This document shows positions 1 through 11,174 of a DNA stretch of 50,245 nucleotides, piece after piece (the first letter of the stretch is position 1; every line of letters begins with the position of its first letter). A program made the translations under genes and the position numbers. Under the pieces are notes generated by a model. The model ran no database searches, was not told where the DNA came from, and saw only the letters and a program-made list of their open reading frames with translations. Origin of the DNA: Candidatus Sumerlaeales bacterium. GTDB taxonomy: Bacteria > Sumerlaeota > Sumerlaeia > Sumerlaeales > Sumerlaeaceae. The stretch is taken from the NCBI GenBank assembly GCA_038243585.1, contig JBBSQY010000022.1:1-50245 (forward strand), read 5' to 3'.

Positions 1-730
1 AAAATAATCCTTCATGAAAGGCGCTGGTCTCAAAGACGGATTTTCCTTCGGAAGATGGGTCCACCAAAAGCGCCTGCGGTGCCAGAGACCCGGGGCGCAC
101 GGAGAACCCTTCCGCCTGTAACATGGCCGTTAAAGTGTCAGAGGTTGTCCGGAGGGCGTTTAACCTAATGGTTAGAGGTGGCTCCGTATTGCAGGCTTCC
201 ATTATGGCGATGGTCTTATGGGTGCCGTATTTTTGAATCAGGATTCCCGCCAGTTCCCACGGAAACGAATACCTTATGCATAAATGACTGGCCTTGTTAC
301 CCTGAGGTAATTGAGGAGGCGCGCCCTGTGAAACGATTTTCCGAAGTACGGCGTTTAAGAAACCCACCTGTAGCGGCTTGAGTCGAAAAATCATTTTTGC
401 CAGCTCAACAGTATCGTTAACGATTGCGTATTCCGGAACCTTCGACAGGAAATACTGCTGAAATACCGCCATGCGAAGCAGCATCCGAACCCTGGTATCC
501 AGCTTTGCCGGGGGCTGTTTAAGCAGATGGGCGTAGTAGAAATCGAGGGTAAGCGCATTGCGCAACACACCGAAAACAATTGTTCGAGCCAGACGGGTAT
601 CGTCGGCGCGCAGGGCAGTCTCTGTCGCTTTTCGCGCCAGCACGTCTCCGGCCTGAGAAAACGGTTCTGTTTCCACAATCATCAGCGTCTGCGCGGCCGT
701 CAGTCGAGCGGGTGAAATTTTCGTTGTCAT
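1..730 (-). CDS. rsmB: 16S rRNA m5C967 methyltransferase RsmB/Sun (5' part; runs off the left window edge)
   Basis: Absent from the ORF track because it has no stop in the window. Manual translation from the ATG at 730 gives MTTKISPARLTAAQTL...DTRLARTIVFGVLRNALTLD...RMLLRMAVFQQYFLSKVPEYAIVNDTVELAK (NusB-like domain), then FLNAVLR, YSFP and PPLTIRLNALRT...SAFHEGLF, all typical of RsmB. Confidence 0.9.
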   Translation of the reverse strand, partial: MTTKISPARLTAAQTLMIVETEPFSQAGDVLARKATETALRADDTRLARTIVFGVLRNALTLDFYYAHLLKQPPAKLDTRVRMLLRMAVFQQYFLSKVPEYAIVNDTVELAKMIFRLKPLQVGFLNAVLRKIVSQGAPPQLPQGNKASHLCIRYSFPWELAGILIQKYGTHKTIAIMEACNTEPPLTIRLNALRTTSDTLTAMLQAEGFSVRPGSLAPQALLVDPSSEGKSVFETSAFHEGLF

Positions 731-836
731 AAATTTTTCTTAGCTATCCAGCTGCCCTATTTGTGAATTACTTAACAATTAATAGTCCGTTTAATGATTT
801 GATTAATGGGTATCACTGTACACCCATACATCCATT

Positions 837-2054
837 ATGAGCCTTCCCGACTACACAGAATTTTCCCAAGTGACAGAAAAAAACCCATTCTTGAGGTTTT
901 TGCGTAATCCGGTTTATTTAACGCGGCTGTTTTTTATACTGATTGCTACCCTTGCCGGCTATTGGGTTGGCAGGGGATATATCCCCTCTCGCGGGGTTGA
1001 CGGATCTGTTATCGGCTTCGTTGTCGCCTGCATTTTTATGATCGTAGAAATTTCTACCCGGGTCGTTTCTTCGAAAAAACTTTTGCTGGCAACCGGCGGA
1101 TTGCTGATCGGCCTGGTGTTTTCCTGGCTCATTTATCCGACCATACCGCCGGCAGTGTTCGGTGATGTTGAAGGACTTTCCAGCGAAAATAAGGCGCGGA
1201 TTCTCTGTAATATGCTGTTCGGGTATTTCGGTATTGTGCTGGCTTTGAAGCACGCTCACAGATTCAGCTTTAGTCGCATGAATTTCATCATGGCGTCTCC
1301 GAACGAATCCGCGAAGTTGCTGGATACCAGTGTCATCGTGGACGGGCGCATCAAGGAACTGATGGAAGCCAACTTTATGACGGGTAACTTTATTGTCCCG
1401 GAATTCGTTTTGGAAGAGTTGCAAAAGATCGCCGATTCGGCGGATTCAAAACGGCGTGCGCGGGGCCGGCGCGGCCTGGAGATGCTGGAGAAGATCAAGG
1501 AAGTCGTTCCGAATCTTATCATTATGGAAAAGGATTTCCCGCAACTGAAGGGCGTGGACCAGAAACTGGTCCAGCTTGCGCGGGAGATCAACGCGGATCT
1601 GGTGACCAACGATTACAACCTGCAAAAGGTGGCCCAGCTTCATAAGGTCCGCGTGCTGAACATTAACGAACTGTCGAATCTCCTGAAGCCCGCCGTTTTT
1701 ATTGGCGAGGGCCTAACACTTCAGATTTCTCGCGAAGGCAAGGAATCGAACCAGGGGGTCGGCTATCTGGAAGATGGTACCATGGTCGTTGTGGAAGATG
1801 GGCACGGGCTGATTGGGCAGCTTTGCGAAGTTACCGTGACCAGCATCCTGCAGACGCCCGCTGGTCGGATGATTTTTGCCCGGGCCCAGGATTCCGGTTC
1901 GGGTGAAGTGACTCAGCCAGGCACGTCGTCATCCGATGCGCCTCGCGAACCCGCCCCTTACCGTAAGAATGAGAGCAGCGGCCAGATCAAGGCGGTCCGC
2001 CCAAGCTCGTACCAGCGCGGCAATCCTGCACAAAACACACCTCGACGTCCATAG
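837..2054 (+). CDS. Membrane-anchored PIN/TRAM domain protein (YacL-like putative RNase)
   Basis: About 4 N-terminal TM helices; PIN motifs LLDTSVIVDGRI, VPEFVLEELQ, RGRRGLEML, LVTNDYNL; TRAM motif GKESNQGVGYLEDGTMVVVE...RMIFA; disordered tail. Confidence 0.93.
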   Translation: MSLPDYTEFSQVTEKNPFLRFLRNPVYLTRLFFILIATLAGYWVGRGYIPSRGVDGSVIGFVVACIFMIVEISTRVVSSKKLLLATGGLLIGLVFSWLIYPTIPPAVFGDVEGLSSENKARILCNMLFGYFGIVLALKHAHRFSFSRMNFIMASPNESAKLLDTSVIVDGRIKELMEANFMTGNFIVPEFVLEELQKIADSADSKRRARGRRGLEMLEKIKEVVPNLIIMEKDFPQLKGVDQKLVQLAREINADLVTNDYNLQKVAQLHKVRVLNINELSNLLKPAVFIGEGLTLQISREGKESNQGVGYLEDGTMVVVEDGHGLIGQLCEVTVTSILQTPAGRMIFARAQDSGSGEVTQPGTSSSDAPREPAPYRKNESSGQIKAVRPSSYQRGNPAQNTPRRP

Positions 2055-2192
2055 GTCGGCCGCTTGGCATTTTGAGGAAAAACGCAACTTTATATGCGTT
2101 GCATCTCCAAGGAACAGTTCTGGCTTAATTGATTAAGTGATGCGAATCATCCTGCAAGACAGGAAATAAGATTCCACCGGAAGGACTTTTTT

Positions 2193-2936
2193 ATGGAAAA
2201 TCTTACAACTCGACGCTCATTTCTGGCAGGCGCGACGGCACTGGTTGCCGCAGCCTGGGCAGTTCCGGCAATCGGTCAGACCCAAACCACCGGAACGGCG
2301 ACAGGCAGCTCGGAAGCTGCAGGAAGTGGCGCATTTAAACTGCCGCCGCTACCATACGGCTACGACGCCCTGGAGCCACATATTGATGTGCAGACAATGC
2401 GTATTCATCATGATAAGCACCATGCGGGTTATGTTTCCAAACTTAATGCCGCAGTAGCCAAAGAATCAAGCCTTGAAGGCAAATCCGTAGAGGAACTGTT
2501 GCGGAACCTTGATTCAGTGCCGGAGTCGATCCGCACCGACGTTCGCAATAATGGCGGCGGCCATGCTAATCATACGATGTTCTGGGAATCAATGACTCCG
2601 GGCGGCGCAAAGGAACCTTCTGGCGAGCTGGCTGAAGCTCTCACCGCTTCATTTAAAGACGTAGACGCTTTTAAAAAGGCCTTTGAAGAAGCTGGAGCAA
2701 AGCGATTCGGTAGCGGTTGGGTTTGGCTGGTAAAGCCAAAAGGCCAGACGAAGCTCGAAATTATTTCTACCGCCAATCAGGACAGCCCCCTTCTGGAAGG
2801 TCACCAGCCGATTCTTGGCAATGATGTCTGGGAGCACGCGTATTATCTTAAATATCAAAACAAGCGCGCTGATTATTTAAAAACCTGGTGGAATGTAGTG
2901 AACTGGGACAAAGTTGCTGAGCGGCTAAACGCCTAG
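2193..2936 (+). CDS. sodA: Mn/Fe superoxide dismutase (Mn-type signatures) with a Tat signal peptide
   Basis: [53 protein letters not shown]-terminal TRRSFL twin-arginine motif followed by a hydrophobic stretch. Confidence 0.95.
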   Translation: MENLTTRRSFLAGATALVAAAWAVPAIGQTQTTGTATGSSEAAGSGAFKLPPLPYGYDALEPHIDVQTMRIHHDKHHAGYVSKLNAAVAKESSLEGKSVEELLRNLDSVPESIRTDVRNNGGGHANHTMFWESMTPGGAKEPSGELAEALTASFKDVDAFKKAFEEAGAKRFGSGWVWLVKPKGQTKLEIISTANQDSPLLEGHQPILGNDVWEHAYYLKYQNKRADYLKTWWNVVNWDKVAERLNA

Positions 2937-2989
2937 AGTCAAAGAACTAAATTGTAAAATGGGTTTGCGTCAAAGATGATTTATACAAC

Positions 2990-3892
2990 ATGAACCCCAA
3001 CGTTGGCAGCAGCGTCGAAGACGGCAATTATCGAATTGGACAGCGGCTCGCTGTCTGGGGGCTTATCATTTCCGCCGGTCTGGCTTTTGTAAAGCTGGCC
3101 GGCGGCATTTTTGCGCATTCCGCCGCGTTGTCCGCAGATGGATTGGAATCAGCTTCCGATGTGCTGGCTTCGGCCATGATCTGGAGCAGCATGGCTATTG
3201 CCCGGCGTCCTGCGGACGAGAAGTTCCCTTATGGTTATGGCCGAGCCGAAAGCCTGGCCGGGGCCACCGTCGGCACGATCCTCCTTATGTCCGCCGTTCT
3301 TTTGGCGGCTCATTCGGTTCAGAGGCTCATGGGGCCGCCGGTGGACCTTCCGTCCTGGACTCTCTGGCCGCTGGCGCTATCGTTTGTGCTTAAGGGAGTT
3401 CTATCCGTAGCCAAGCACCGAATTGGGAAAAGAATCAGAAGTTCCGCTTTGCTGGCCGACAGCGGCAATGACGCTGTGGACATGATAAGCGCGGTGGTGG
3501 CTGCAACCGCGATTACCCTGAACCTGATAGACCACGAAAGGTTTGCCTATGCGGACCCGATCGGCGGGCTGGGAGTCGCTCTTATTATTTTCATTATGGG
3601 AATCGGCATCTTTCGCAGAACCAGCCAGGAGCTTATGGATGTAATGCCGGATACCGCACTGGTGGCCAGAGTCAGAGACGTGGCAGGCTCAGTGGAAGGG
3701 GTTCGGAACGTTGAAAAATGTTACGGGCGCAAATCCGGAACCCATTTTTTCTTCGATCTGCATATTGAGGTTGATCCCGCCATGACCGTTTTAAACGCCC
3801 ACGACGTAGCGCACCTGGTCAAAGATAAGATCGTGGCCGACTGTGATTTTGTTAAGAGTGTATTGGTTCATGTCGAACCGTTTACTCCATAA
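2990..3892 (+). CDS. Cation diffusion facilitator (FieF-like) metal efflux transporter
   Basis: SAALSADGLESASD, PADEKFPYGYGRAE, ALLADSGNDAVD and a C-terminal DLHIEVDP...AHDVAH...LVHVEP dimerisation domain; about 6 TM. Overlaps the convergent gene by 11 nt. Confidence 0.93.
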   Translation: MNPNVGSSVEDGNYRIGQRLAVWGLIISAGLAFVKLAGGIFAHSAALSADGLESASDVLASAMIWSSMAIARRPADEKFPYGYGRAESLAGATVGTILLMSAVLLAAHSVQRLMGPPVDLPSWTLWPLALSFVLKGVLSVAKHRIGKRIRSSALLADSGNDAVDMISAVVAATAITLNLIDHERFAYADPIGGLGVALIIFIMGIGIFRRTSQELMDVMPDTALVARVRDVAGSVEGVRNVEKCYGRKSGTHFFFDLHIEVDPAMTVLNAHDVAHLVKDKIVADCDFVKSVLVHVEPFTP

Positions 3893-4886
3893 TCACTTCC
3901 GATGAATCTCCCACGTTGAGTCGGAAAAGGTTTCCCGCGACTTTGGCGTTGTCGCTGATGAGCGAATCCTGGAGAATGATTGAACTCGCCTCGGCGCTTT
4001 CCCCAATGATGCTGTTGCGAACGATACAATCTTTCAATATAGAATTGGCCGAAATACTGACGTGCGGCCCGACGAGGCAGTTTTCCATTTTGGCGGATTC
4101 CGCAATGGCTACGGGCATTTTAATAACGCAATCCGGGTACCGTGCCGTAATGGCGGAATAGTCCTGAGCGCCCATCGGCTTCTTGTCGAGAAGGTCGCGG
4201 TTTGTTGTTAATATGGTTTCGGCTTTGCCGCAATCATACCAGCCGTCGATCAAGAACGTGCTCATGGGCTCGCCCGCGTCCAGCATCTTTTGAAGTGCGT
4301 CCGTCAGCTGAATTTCTCCGGCGGTGGTAGTGCCTTCGGAGATGAGTTCATCAAGGGCAGCGAACAGTGTGCGGGGCTGGGCAATGTAATAGATGCCAAC
4401 AATAGCAAGGTTCGTAGGAGGATGTTCCGGCTTCTCGACAAGGCGTTTAACCTTAAGATTTGCGTCCAGCTCTACAATGCCAAAGCGGCGGCCGTCTTCC
4501 ACCTCATGCACTCCCAGCGAGGAGTCCGGCTGTTCAAAGACTGTTTTCAGGTCAGCCTTAAAAATAGTGTCTCCGAGCACGATAAGTACGGGCTCGTCCG
4601 CTTGATGGTAAGGCTTGGCGAGCCATATCGCATGACCAAGACCTTTCATTTCCGGCTGTTCCACAAAGTTGGACTTGAAGGTATAATTCGATAACACGAA
4701 ATCGCGAATCATCTCGCCCTTGTACCCAATGATAAAGGTTACTTCATCAAAGCCAAGGGTCACGAGTTCATCCAGGATATGGGCTAGCATGGGCTTGCCA
4801 GCTACGGGAAGCAGCACTTTTGGCTGGGTGTGGGTGTGAGGACGAAGGCGCGTTCCGATTCCGGCAACGGGAATGATTGCTTTCAA
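3882..4886 (-). CDS. Sugar-phosphate nucleotidyltransferase (glucose-1-P thymidylyltransferase-like) with a C-terminal hexapeptide domain
   Basis: MKAIIPVAGIGTRLRPHTHTQPKVLLPVAGKP, GLGHAI, LGD, VEKP, GEIQLTDAL, WYDCGK. Confidence 0.92.
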   Translation of the reverse strand: MKAIIPVAGIGTRLRPHTHTQPKVLLPVAGKPMLAHILDELVTLGFDEVTFIIGYKGEMIRDFVLSNYTFKSNFVEQPEMKGLGHAIWLAKPYHQADEPVLIVLGDTIFKADLKTVFEQPDSSLGVHEVEDGRRFGIVELDANLKVKRLVEKPEHPPTNLAIVGIYYIAQPRTLFAALDELISEGTTTAGEIQLTDALQKMLDAGEPMSTFLIDGWYDCGKAETILTTNRDLLDKKPMGAQDYSAITARYPDCVIKMPVAIAESAKMENCLVGPHVSISANSILKDCIVRNSIIGESAEASSIILQDSLISDNAKVAGNLFRLNVGDSSEVIME

Positions 4887-4918
4887 GGCTGTGGTTTCTC
4901 CTGTTTAAATCAAAATAT

Positions 4919-5761
4919 TTAATGGTAGCGGTATGGTTGCAGCTCCGGGAGGCTTGAGGTCAGTCCGTGCTTGTAGCACAAGCGTCCGAACTCGGCCCAG
5001 CCGGCCAGTTCTTCATTACCGAGATGATAGTGGATGTGCGTGGTAAAGTAACGCAAGGCAAACTGCGGGGAAAAGCCAAATCTTGCTGCGCTATCGGCAG
5101 CAACCCGTTCCAGGTTCTGCAATCCTGTTTCGAGAGACTCGTTCAGCAATTCTGCCAGACCGGGTTTGCGCAGGTTCCGCGGCGCCAGCCAGGCGGCAAA
5201 TACAAACGGCAGACCGGTCAGGTCCCGCCAGGCCAGACCCATGTCCATGCTGCAGGGATGCATCCCGCGTTGCGCCATGGCAGGGTCGCCTATTACCACC
5301 CATCCCGTACCGGGCGGCAGAGGCAGGGGCGGCGCATGGTGGCTGGTGTCAATATACTCCACATGGAGGCCCTTTTCCGCCGCGAGGACCTTAAAGAGGT
5401 TCACTGACGTGAGACTTGAACTATCCAGGTAAACGCGTTTTAAGGTTTCCCAAGGTTCTGTGGAAAACAGAAGTACGCTGTAAACCTCGCCACGGCTGGC
5501 GATGACAGGACCTTGGATATAGGTGTACTGATTGGGATGTCTGAAGTATTCAAACACGGGAACAATGGCTGTGTCATAAGCACCGTTGTTTAACGAAGCC
5601 GCGAGACGCCTGGGAACTTCCGAAACAATGGAGATCCCCTTGCCGACCAGGCCCCGCTCAATCGCCCACAGCATCGGTTGCACATTTAAATAGGGAACAG
5701 TCCCAAGGATTACATTTGAGTCAGAAGTTAGATTATTAACCATAATTAGAGCTGTGGTCAA
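4919..5761 (-). CDS. mqnA: Chorismate dehydratase, futalosine menaquinone pathway
   Basis: LGTVPYLNVQP, G-E-V-Y-S-V-L-L, SSLTSVNL, IGDPAM, WRDLTGLPFVFAAW. The start may be at 5743. Confidence 0.9.
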   Translation of the reverse strand: MTTALIMVNNLTSDSNVILGTVPYLNVQPMLWAIERGLVGKGISIVSEVPRRLAASLNNGAYDTAIVPVFEYFRHPNQYTYIQGPVIASRGEVYSVLLFSTEPWETLKRVYLDSSSLTSVNLFKVLAAEKGLHVEYIDTSHHAPPLPLPPGTGWVVIGDPAMAQRGMHPCSMDMGLAWRDLTGLPFVFAAWLAPRNLRKPGLAELLNESLETGLQNLERVAADSAARFGFSPQFALRYFTTHIHYHLGNEELAGWAEFGRLCYKHGLTSSLPELQPYRYH

Positions 5762-5775
5762 CCACAGCCCCGACC

Positions 5776-6438
5776 TTAATTATGGGCATGTTTCACGATT
5801 TTGCCTTCGATGTAATAGATGACATCCTCTGCAATGTTAGTACATAGATCCCCGATGCGTTCCAGGTTTCTGGTGATCAGAAGGAGCGGGACGCAAATGT
5901 TTGCATCGTCAGCGTTTTCACGCAAATGGCTTACGAGTTTCCCGATAATATCGCGGTTCAGGTCGTCTACTTCGTCATCACGCTCTATGACGCCCCGGGC
6001 AAGATCCACGTTACCGTTGGTGTAGGAGTCAATAGTCTCCTGCACCATTTGTTGCACAACTTTTTCCATCTTTTCAAAATCTTCGAAAGTGTCTATCCGG
6101 GTGATGTCTGCAGACTTAAGAAGCAGGCAATTTTCCGCGACGTTTACGGCCTGGTCGCCCATGCGCTCAAGGTCGTTATTAATTTTAAGAGCGGTTATCA
6201 GGAAGCGCAGATCAATGGCCATAGGCTGTTGGAGAGCGAGCAGCTTCAGCACCAACTCGTCAATCTCAACTTCAAGGCGGTCCACGTGTTCATCATCCTG
6301 AACCGTCTTTTGGGCCAGAGCGATATCACCGTTATTAAACGCAGTTATAGATGACGATACCACCTCTTGCACAAGGCGACCCATTTCGTCCATCTTGTGC
6401 TTCAACATGGAATAATTTTCTTCGAAATAACGACCCAT
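5776..6438 (-). CDS. phoU: Phosphate signalling protein PhoU
   Basis: QQPMAIDLR...NDLERMGD and DDEVDDL...RNLERIGD repeats, C-terminal YYIEGKIVKH; ATG at 6438 chosen as start. Confidence 0.95.
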   Translation of the reverse strand: MGRYFEENYSMLKHKMDEMGRLVQEVVSSSITAFNNGDIALAQKTVQDDEHVDRLEVEIDELVLKLLALQQPMAIDLRFLITALKINNDLERMGDQAVNVAENCLLLKSADITRIDTFEDFEKMEKVVQQMVQETIDSYTNGNVDLARGVIERDDEVDDLNRDIIGKLVSHLRENADDANICVPLLLITRNLERIGDLCTNIAEDVIYYIEGKIVKHAHN

Positions 6439-6545
6439 GCAAAGTACCAAACCTGAATTTTAAATTTTTATCGGCAACTACCGCAGCCGCAATACACACC
6501 CAATTTTTTTATTTTAAACTGAACACGCCAAAAAAGACACCACTC

Positions 6546-7142
6546 TTAACGAAGGAGACCCTTTAGAAAAACACGCATGATTACGTCGGCGTGGTCGCGC
6601 ATATTGTCGTTTCGGCCGGTAATTTTGCGATATCTAATGGCGGCGCCAATCATGCCGCGAAGAAGATACGCACCTTCAAGAGGGTCCACATCAGTAAATA
6701 AGCCCTCGCTCTGTCCCTGAGCAATGAGCCTGCCGATGATCGCGGTATTCTGACGGTATCGGTCAAGGTGTTCCTGCTTCAGGCAACCCCGTAAAACCTG
6801 ATCGTCGGCAGCCGTGTTATCGATGCTCATGCTGATAACCTGGAAAAGCGGGTAGCTTTTCTGATACCGCGTGAGCAACTCGCGAACCAGCCGCGTCAAC
6901 TTAATATCCGCTTTGCCGCGATCGTTTATAATTTTGGTAAACAGCTCTGACGAGTCGGCTATGTCCCGCTCGAGTATCTCATCCAGCATTTGCTCAATGT
7001 CGGCATAATGGGACTTGAGGGTTGCCAGGTCCATGGCAGAGCCGGCCGCGACATCTTCAAGAGTTACATTGGTCGCCCCTTTTTCGGCGAACAATTCCTG
7101 AGCGGCAGCTAATATAACTTCGTTTTCGTTTTCCTTCGACAT
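6546..7142 (-). CDS. TetR/AcrR family transcriptional regulator
   Basis: ILAAAQELFAEKG...TLEDVAAG HTH (recognition helix is divergent: ATLKSHY); C-terminal GQSEGLF...D motif. Confidence 0.8.
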   Translation of the reverse strand: MSKENENEVILAAAQELFAEKGATNVTLEDVAAGSAMDLATLKSHYADIEQMLDEILERDIADSSELFTKIINDRGKADIKLTRLVRELLTRYQKSYPLFQVISMSIDNTAADDQVLRGCLKQEHLDRYRQNTAIIGRLIAQGQSEGLFTDVDPLEGAYLLRGMIGAAIRYRKITGRNDNMRDHADVIMRVFLKGLLR

Positions 7143-7311
7143 GAGCCGTTTCCGATGCTTCGGTTTATTCTATTGCCAGGGTCTTGGGGCTTGCTATAGC
7201 GATAGCTTATTATTTCATAAAAAATGCTGAAAATTCAGTTGAAACAACAACCCCGGCAAGCCGAATAGTGCTAGCTGTTGATCATAAAATAATTCACCGG
7301 CGAAGGTCGGC

Positions 7312-8112
7312 ATGGATAACGAGGTTACAGGTTTGCGAAAGAACATCCAAAACTGGAGCAACAGGACACGAAAATTCGTCACAGTGACAGCCGCCGTAGC
7401 TATGGTGGCGGTCGGTGCCACCGTCCAGGCTGCTGAGCTGGAACTGCCCAACGCCGCAGAGGTGCAGTATTTTTCTCCGGAAGCCCAACAGTTCTATGCC
7501 GCCGGCGTGGCCGCTCTGGATAAAGTTGATTATATTAATGCCTACTCATTGCTGACTAAGGCCGCGGCGCTGCAGCCCGCTGCGATTCGGCTTAACCATA
7601 TATCTGCCACGATAGCTCTCTACCAGGGCAGGCAGCATCCGGCCGAGGAAGCGATTGACTATTATGAGACCGCCCTCAGCAACTATGAAAATATTTTGCG
7701 GGTGCCGACACTGACGGGAGACCTGCGTCGTCAGGTGACCAACGAGATGAAGCTTGCGCAGCAGGAGCGTGAATCGCTCTCGCAGCGCGACGTGCTGCGC
7801 GAGGCTTCGGGCACCACGTTTGTGATGGATTATAATCGCAAATACGGAAAAGCTCCTGAACGTGTGGCCGGCATAACTGCCAAAGACAGCCCTGCCACGA
7901 CTCTTGCCCAGGAAATGCTGGCACCCCTGATGGCGGCTCCGGGCCTGCAGACGCCAGGTATGGGCACAGGATTTCCGGGAGACCCCGGGCTAGGAATGCC
8001 GATGCAAGGACAGCCTGGTATGATGCCCGGAGCGCCAATGCCGGGAGCACCAATGCCCGGACAGCCAGGTGGGGTTCCGGGACAGCCTGCTGGGATGCCG
8101 GGGCAGATTTAA
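7312..8112 (+). CDS. Exported hypothetical protein with a TPR-like helical region and a Pro/Gly/Met/Gln-rich tail
   Basis: Signal peptide (RTRKFVTVTAAVAMVAVGATVQA); helical repeats (YAAGVAAL...AYSLLTKAAALQP; AIDYYETAL); tandem MPGAP/PGQP repeats at the C-terminus. Confidence 0.75.
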   Translation: MDNEVTGLRKNIQNWSNRTRKFVTVTAAVAMVAVGATVQAAELELPNAAEVQYFSPEAQQFYAAGVAALDKVDYINAYSLLTKAAALQPAAIRLNHISATIALYQGRQHPAEEAIDYYETALSNYENILRVPTLTGDLRRQVTNEMKLAQQERESLSQRDVLREASGTTFVMDYNRKYGKAPERVAGITAKDSPATTLAQEMLAPLMAAPGLQTPGMGTGFPGDPGLGMPMQGQPGMMPGAPMPGAPMPGQPGGVPGQPAGMPGQI

Positions 8113-8168
8113 GGGTTTCAGGCTGAAAGGGTGATGTGGTTCGAACATCCCAATCTTTAGTTTGCGTT

Positions 8169-8263
8169 GCGTCCCTTCCGGACGCGGCTTGCTTCTGGCA
8201 GTAGCCAGGATTTCATCCCTGGCTATTGCATGCCACACCTTCGGCGCGACCTGCGGGGTGTGG
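8169..8263. repeat. Cluster of three REP-like imperfect palindromes
   Basis: GCGTCC-cttcc-GGACGC (8169-8185); GCAGTAGCCAGG-atttcatc-CCTGGCTATTGC (8198-8229); CCACACC...GGTGTGG (8233-8263). Confidence 0.55.
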
Positions 8264-8466
8264 ATGACAAACAGCATTCTCAGACAGGTTCTTACAAAGA
8301 ACCATCTTATGCGGGGGCACGGTTCTCTGGCTTCACCCCTCAGCTTAAATTACGTGATTGGCGGCGGCTGAATCGCCAGGACAAACTTTGCCAGCCTAAT
8401 TTTTAATTAGCATAATTTTTATTTTCTTGTCAACCATTGGCTTCGTTGCTTCGTCTAGGCTGAATC

Positions 8467-9497
8467 ATGACGAACTTCTCTACCGGTGATACCTCCCACT
8501 GCCGACCGACTCGGGCGCAAAAGGCTAGCCTGCGCGCTGCGGATGCGGATGCCGCTATGCGGGAGTGTCGGCTGTGCGGGTGGGATTGCGGAGTTGACCG
8601 CACCGGCGGGCCAGCGGGGCATTGCCGCGCCGGCGCACACCCGCTGGTTTTTCAAAACCGTCTGGAATGGGTGGGCGAGGCGCGGCTGATCCCAACGCGG
8701 CTGATTAATTTCAGCGGATGCAATTTCCGCTGTTCGTTTTGTCTGACGGGCCGAGACAGCCAGGATGCCGGGCGGGGGAAACCGCTCGACATGGCGGCGC
8801 TGGCGCGATCGCTACAGGATGACGCGCCGCATTACCGCACTGTGACGATTGAGGGGGGCGAGACCTCGATTTTCCTGCCGGACGCGCTGCGGGTGGCGGC
8901 GCTGGTGCCGGATGGGGTTCCGGTGGTATGGAAGACAAACGCATATTCGAGCGACGTCGCGCTGGCCATGCTGCGCGGTTGCATCGATGTGTTTCTTGCG
9001 GATTACAAGTTTGGCAACGACGCTTGCGCCATGGCGCTGGCGGGAGTTCCGGATTACCTGGCTCATGTGCGCAGAAATCTGCGATGGGGTCGCGGGCACA
9101 GCGACCTGATCGTGCGGCACCTGGTGATGCCGGGCCACGTGCGGTGTTGCCTGGCGCCGGTGCTGACGTGGCTTAAAGCGGAGATGCCGGAAGTGAAGCT
9201 TAGCCTGGTAAACGGATTCACACCCCTTTGGAATTCCAAACGAAACCCGGAACTCCTCAATCCATTGAGCGAGGATGAGCGACAAATGGCCCAGGATCTT
9301 GTGTCTGAGAGTGGCCTGGAGCTGGCCTCATGGGCGGTGGCCCCGGCTACGGAGAATTTCAGCTCTGCCATTGAACCGCCGGATGACAACATCTATATCG
9401 ACCGGCAGGGGCGCATCCGCGTCCCGTTTATGACGGCGGATTTGCAAAAATGTTTGAGTAAACTGGAAAACGAATTCCCTATGGCGGTTAATTTTCT

Positions 9498-9501
<4 letters not shown>
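8467..9501 (+). CDS. Radical SAM Fe-S protein, PflX-like (COG1313-type)
   Basis: CNFRCSFC (CxxxCxxC); N-terminal CRLCGWDCGVDR...GHC Cys cluster; GGE; DVFLADYKFGNDACA; LIVRHLVMPGHVRCC. Its stop overlaps the next ATG (ATGA). Confidence 0.88.
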
Positions 9502-11156
<1,655 letters not shown>

Positions 11157-11174
11157 AATGAAAGGAGCAGACCA

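Noticed and set aside
178..715. Short ORFs 178-381 (+), 391-678 (-) and 527-715 (+)
   Set aside because: They are shadows of the rsmB frame (730 to <1, minus strand), which the ORF track missed because it has no stop in the window.
8129..8150. GGGTGATGTGGTTCGAACATCC as a possible att remnant of the tRNA-Ser 3' end
   Set aside because: Only TTCGAAC and scattered G matches, too weak to call a direct repeat.
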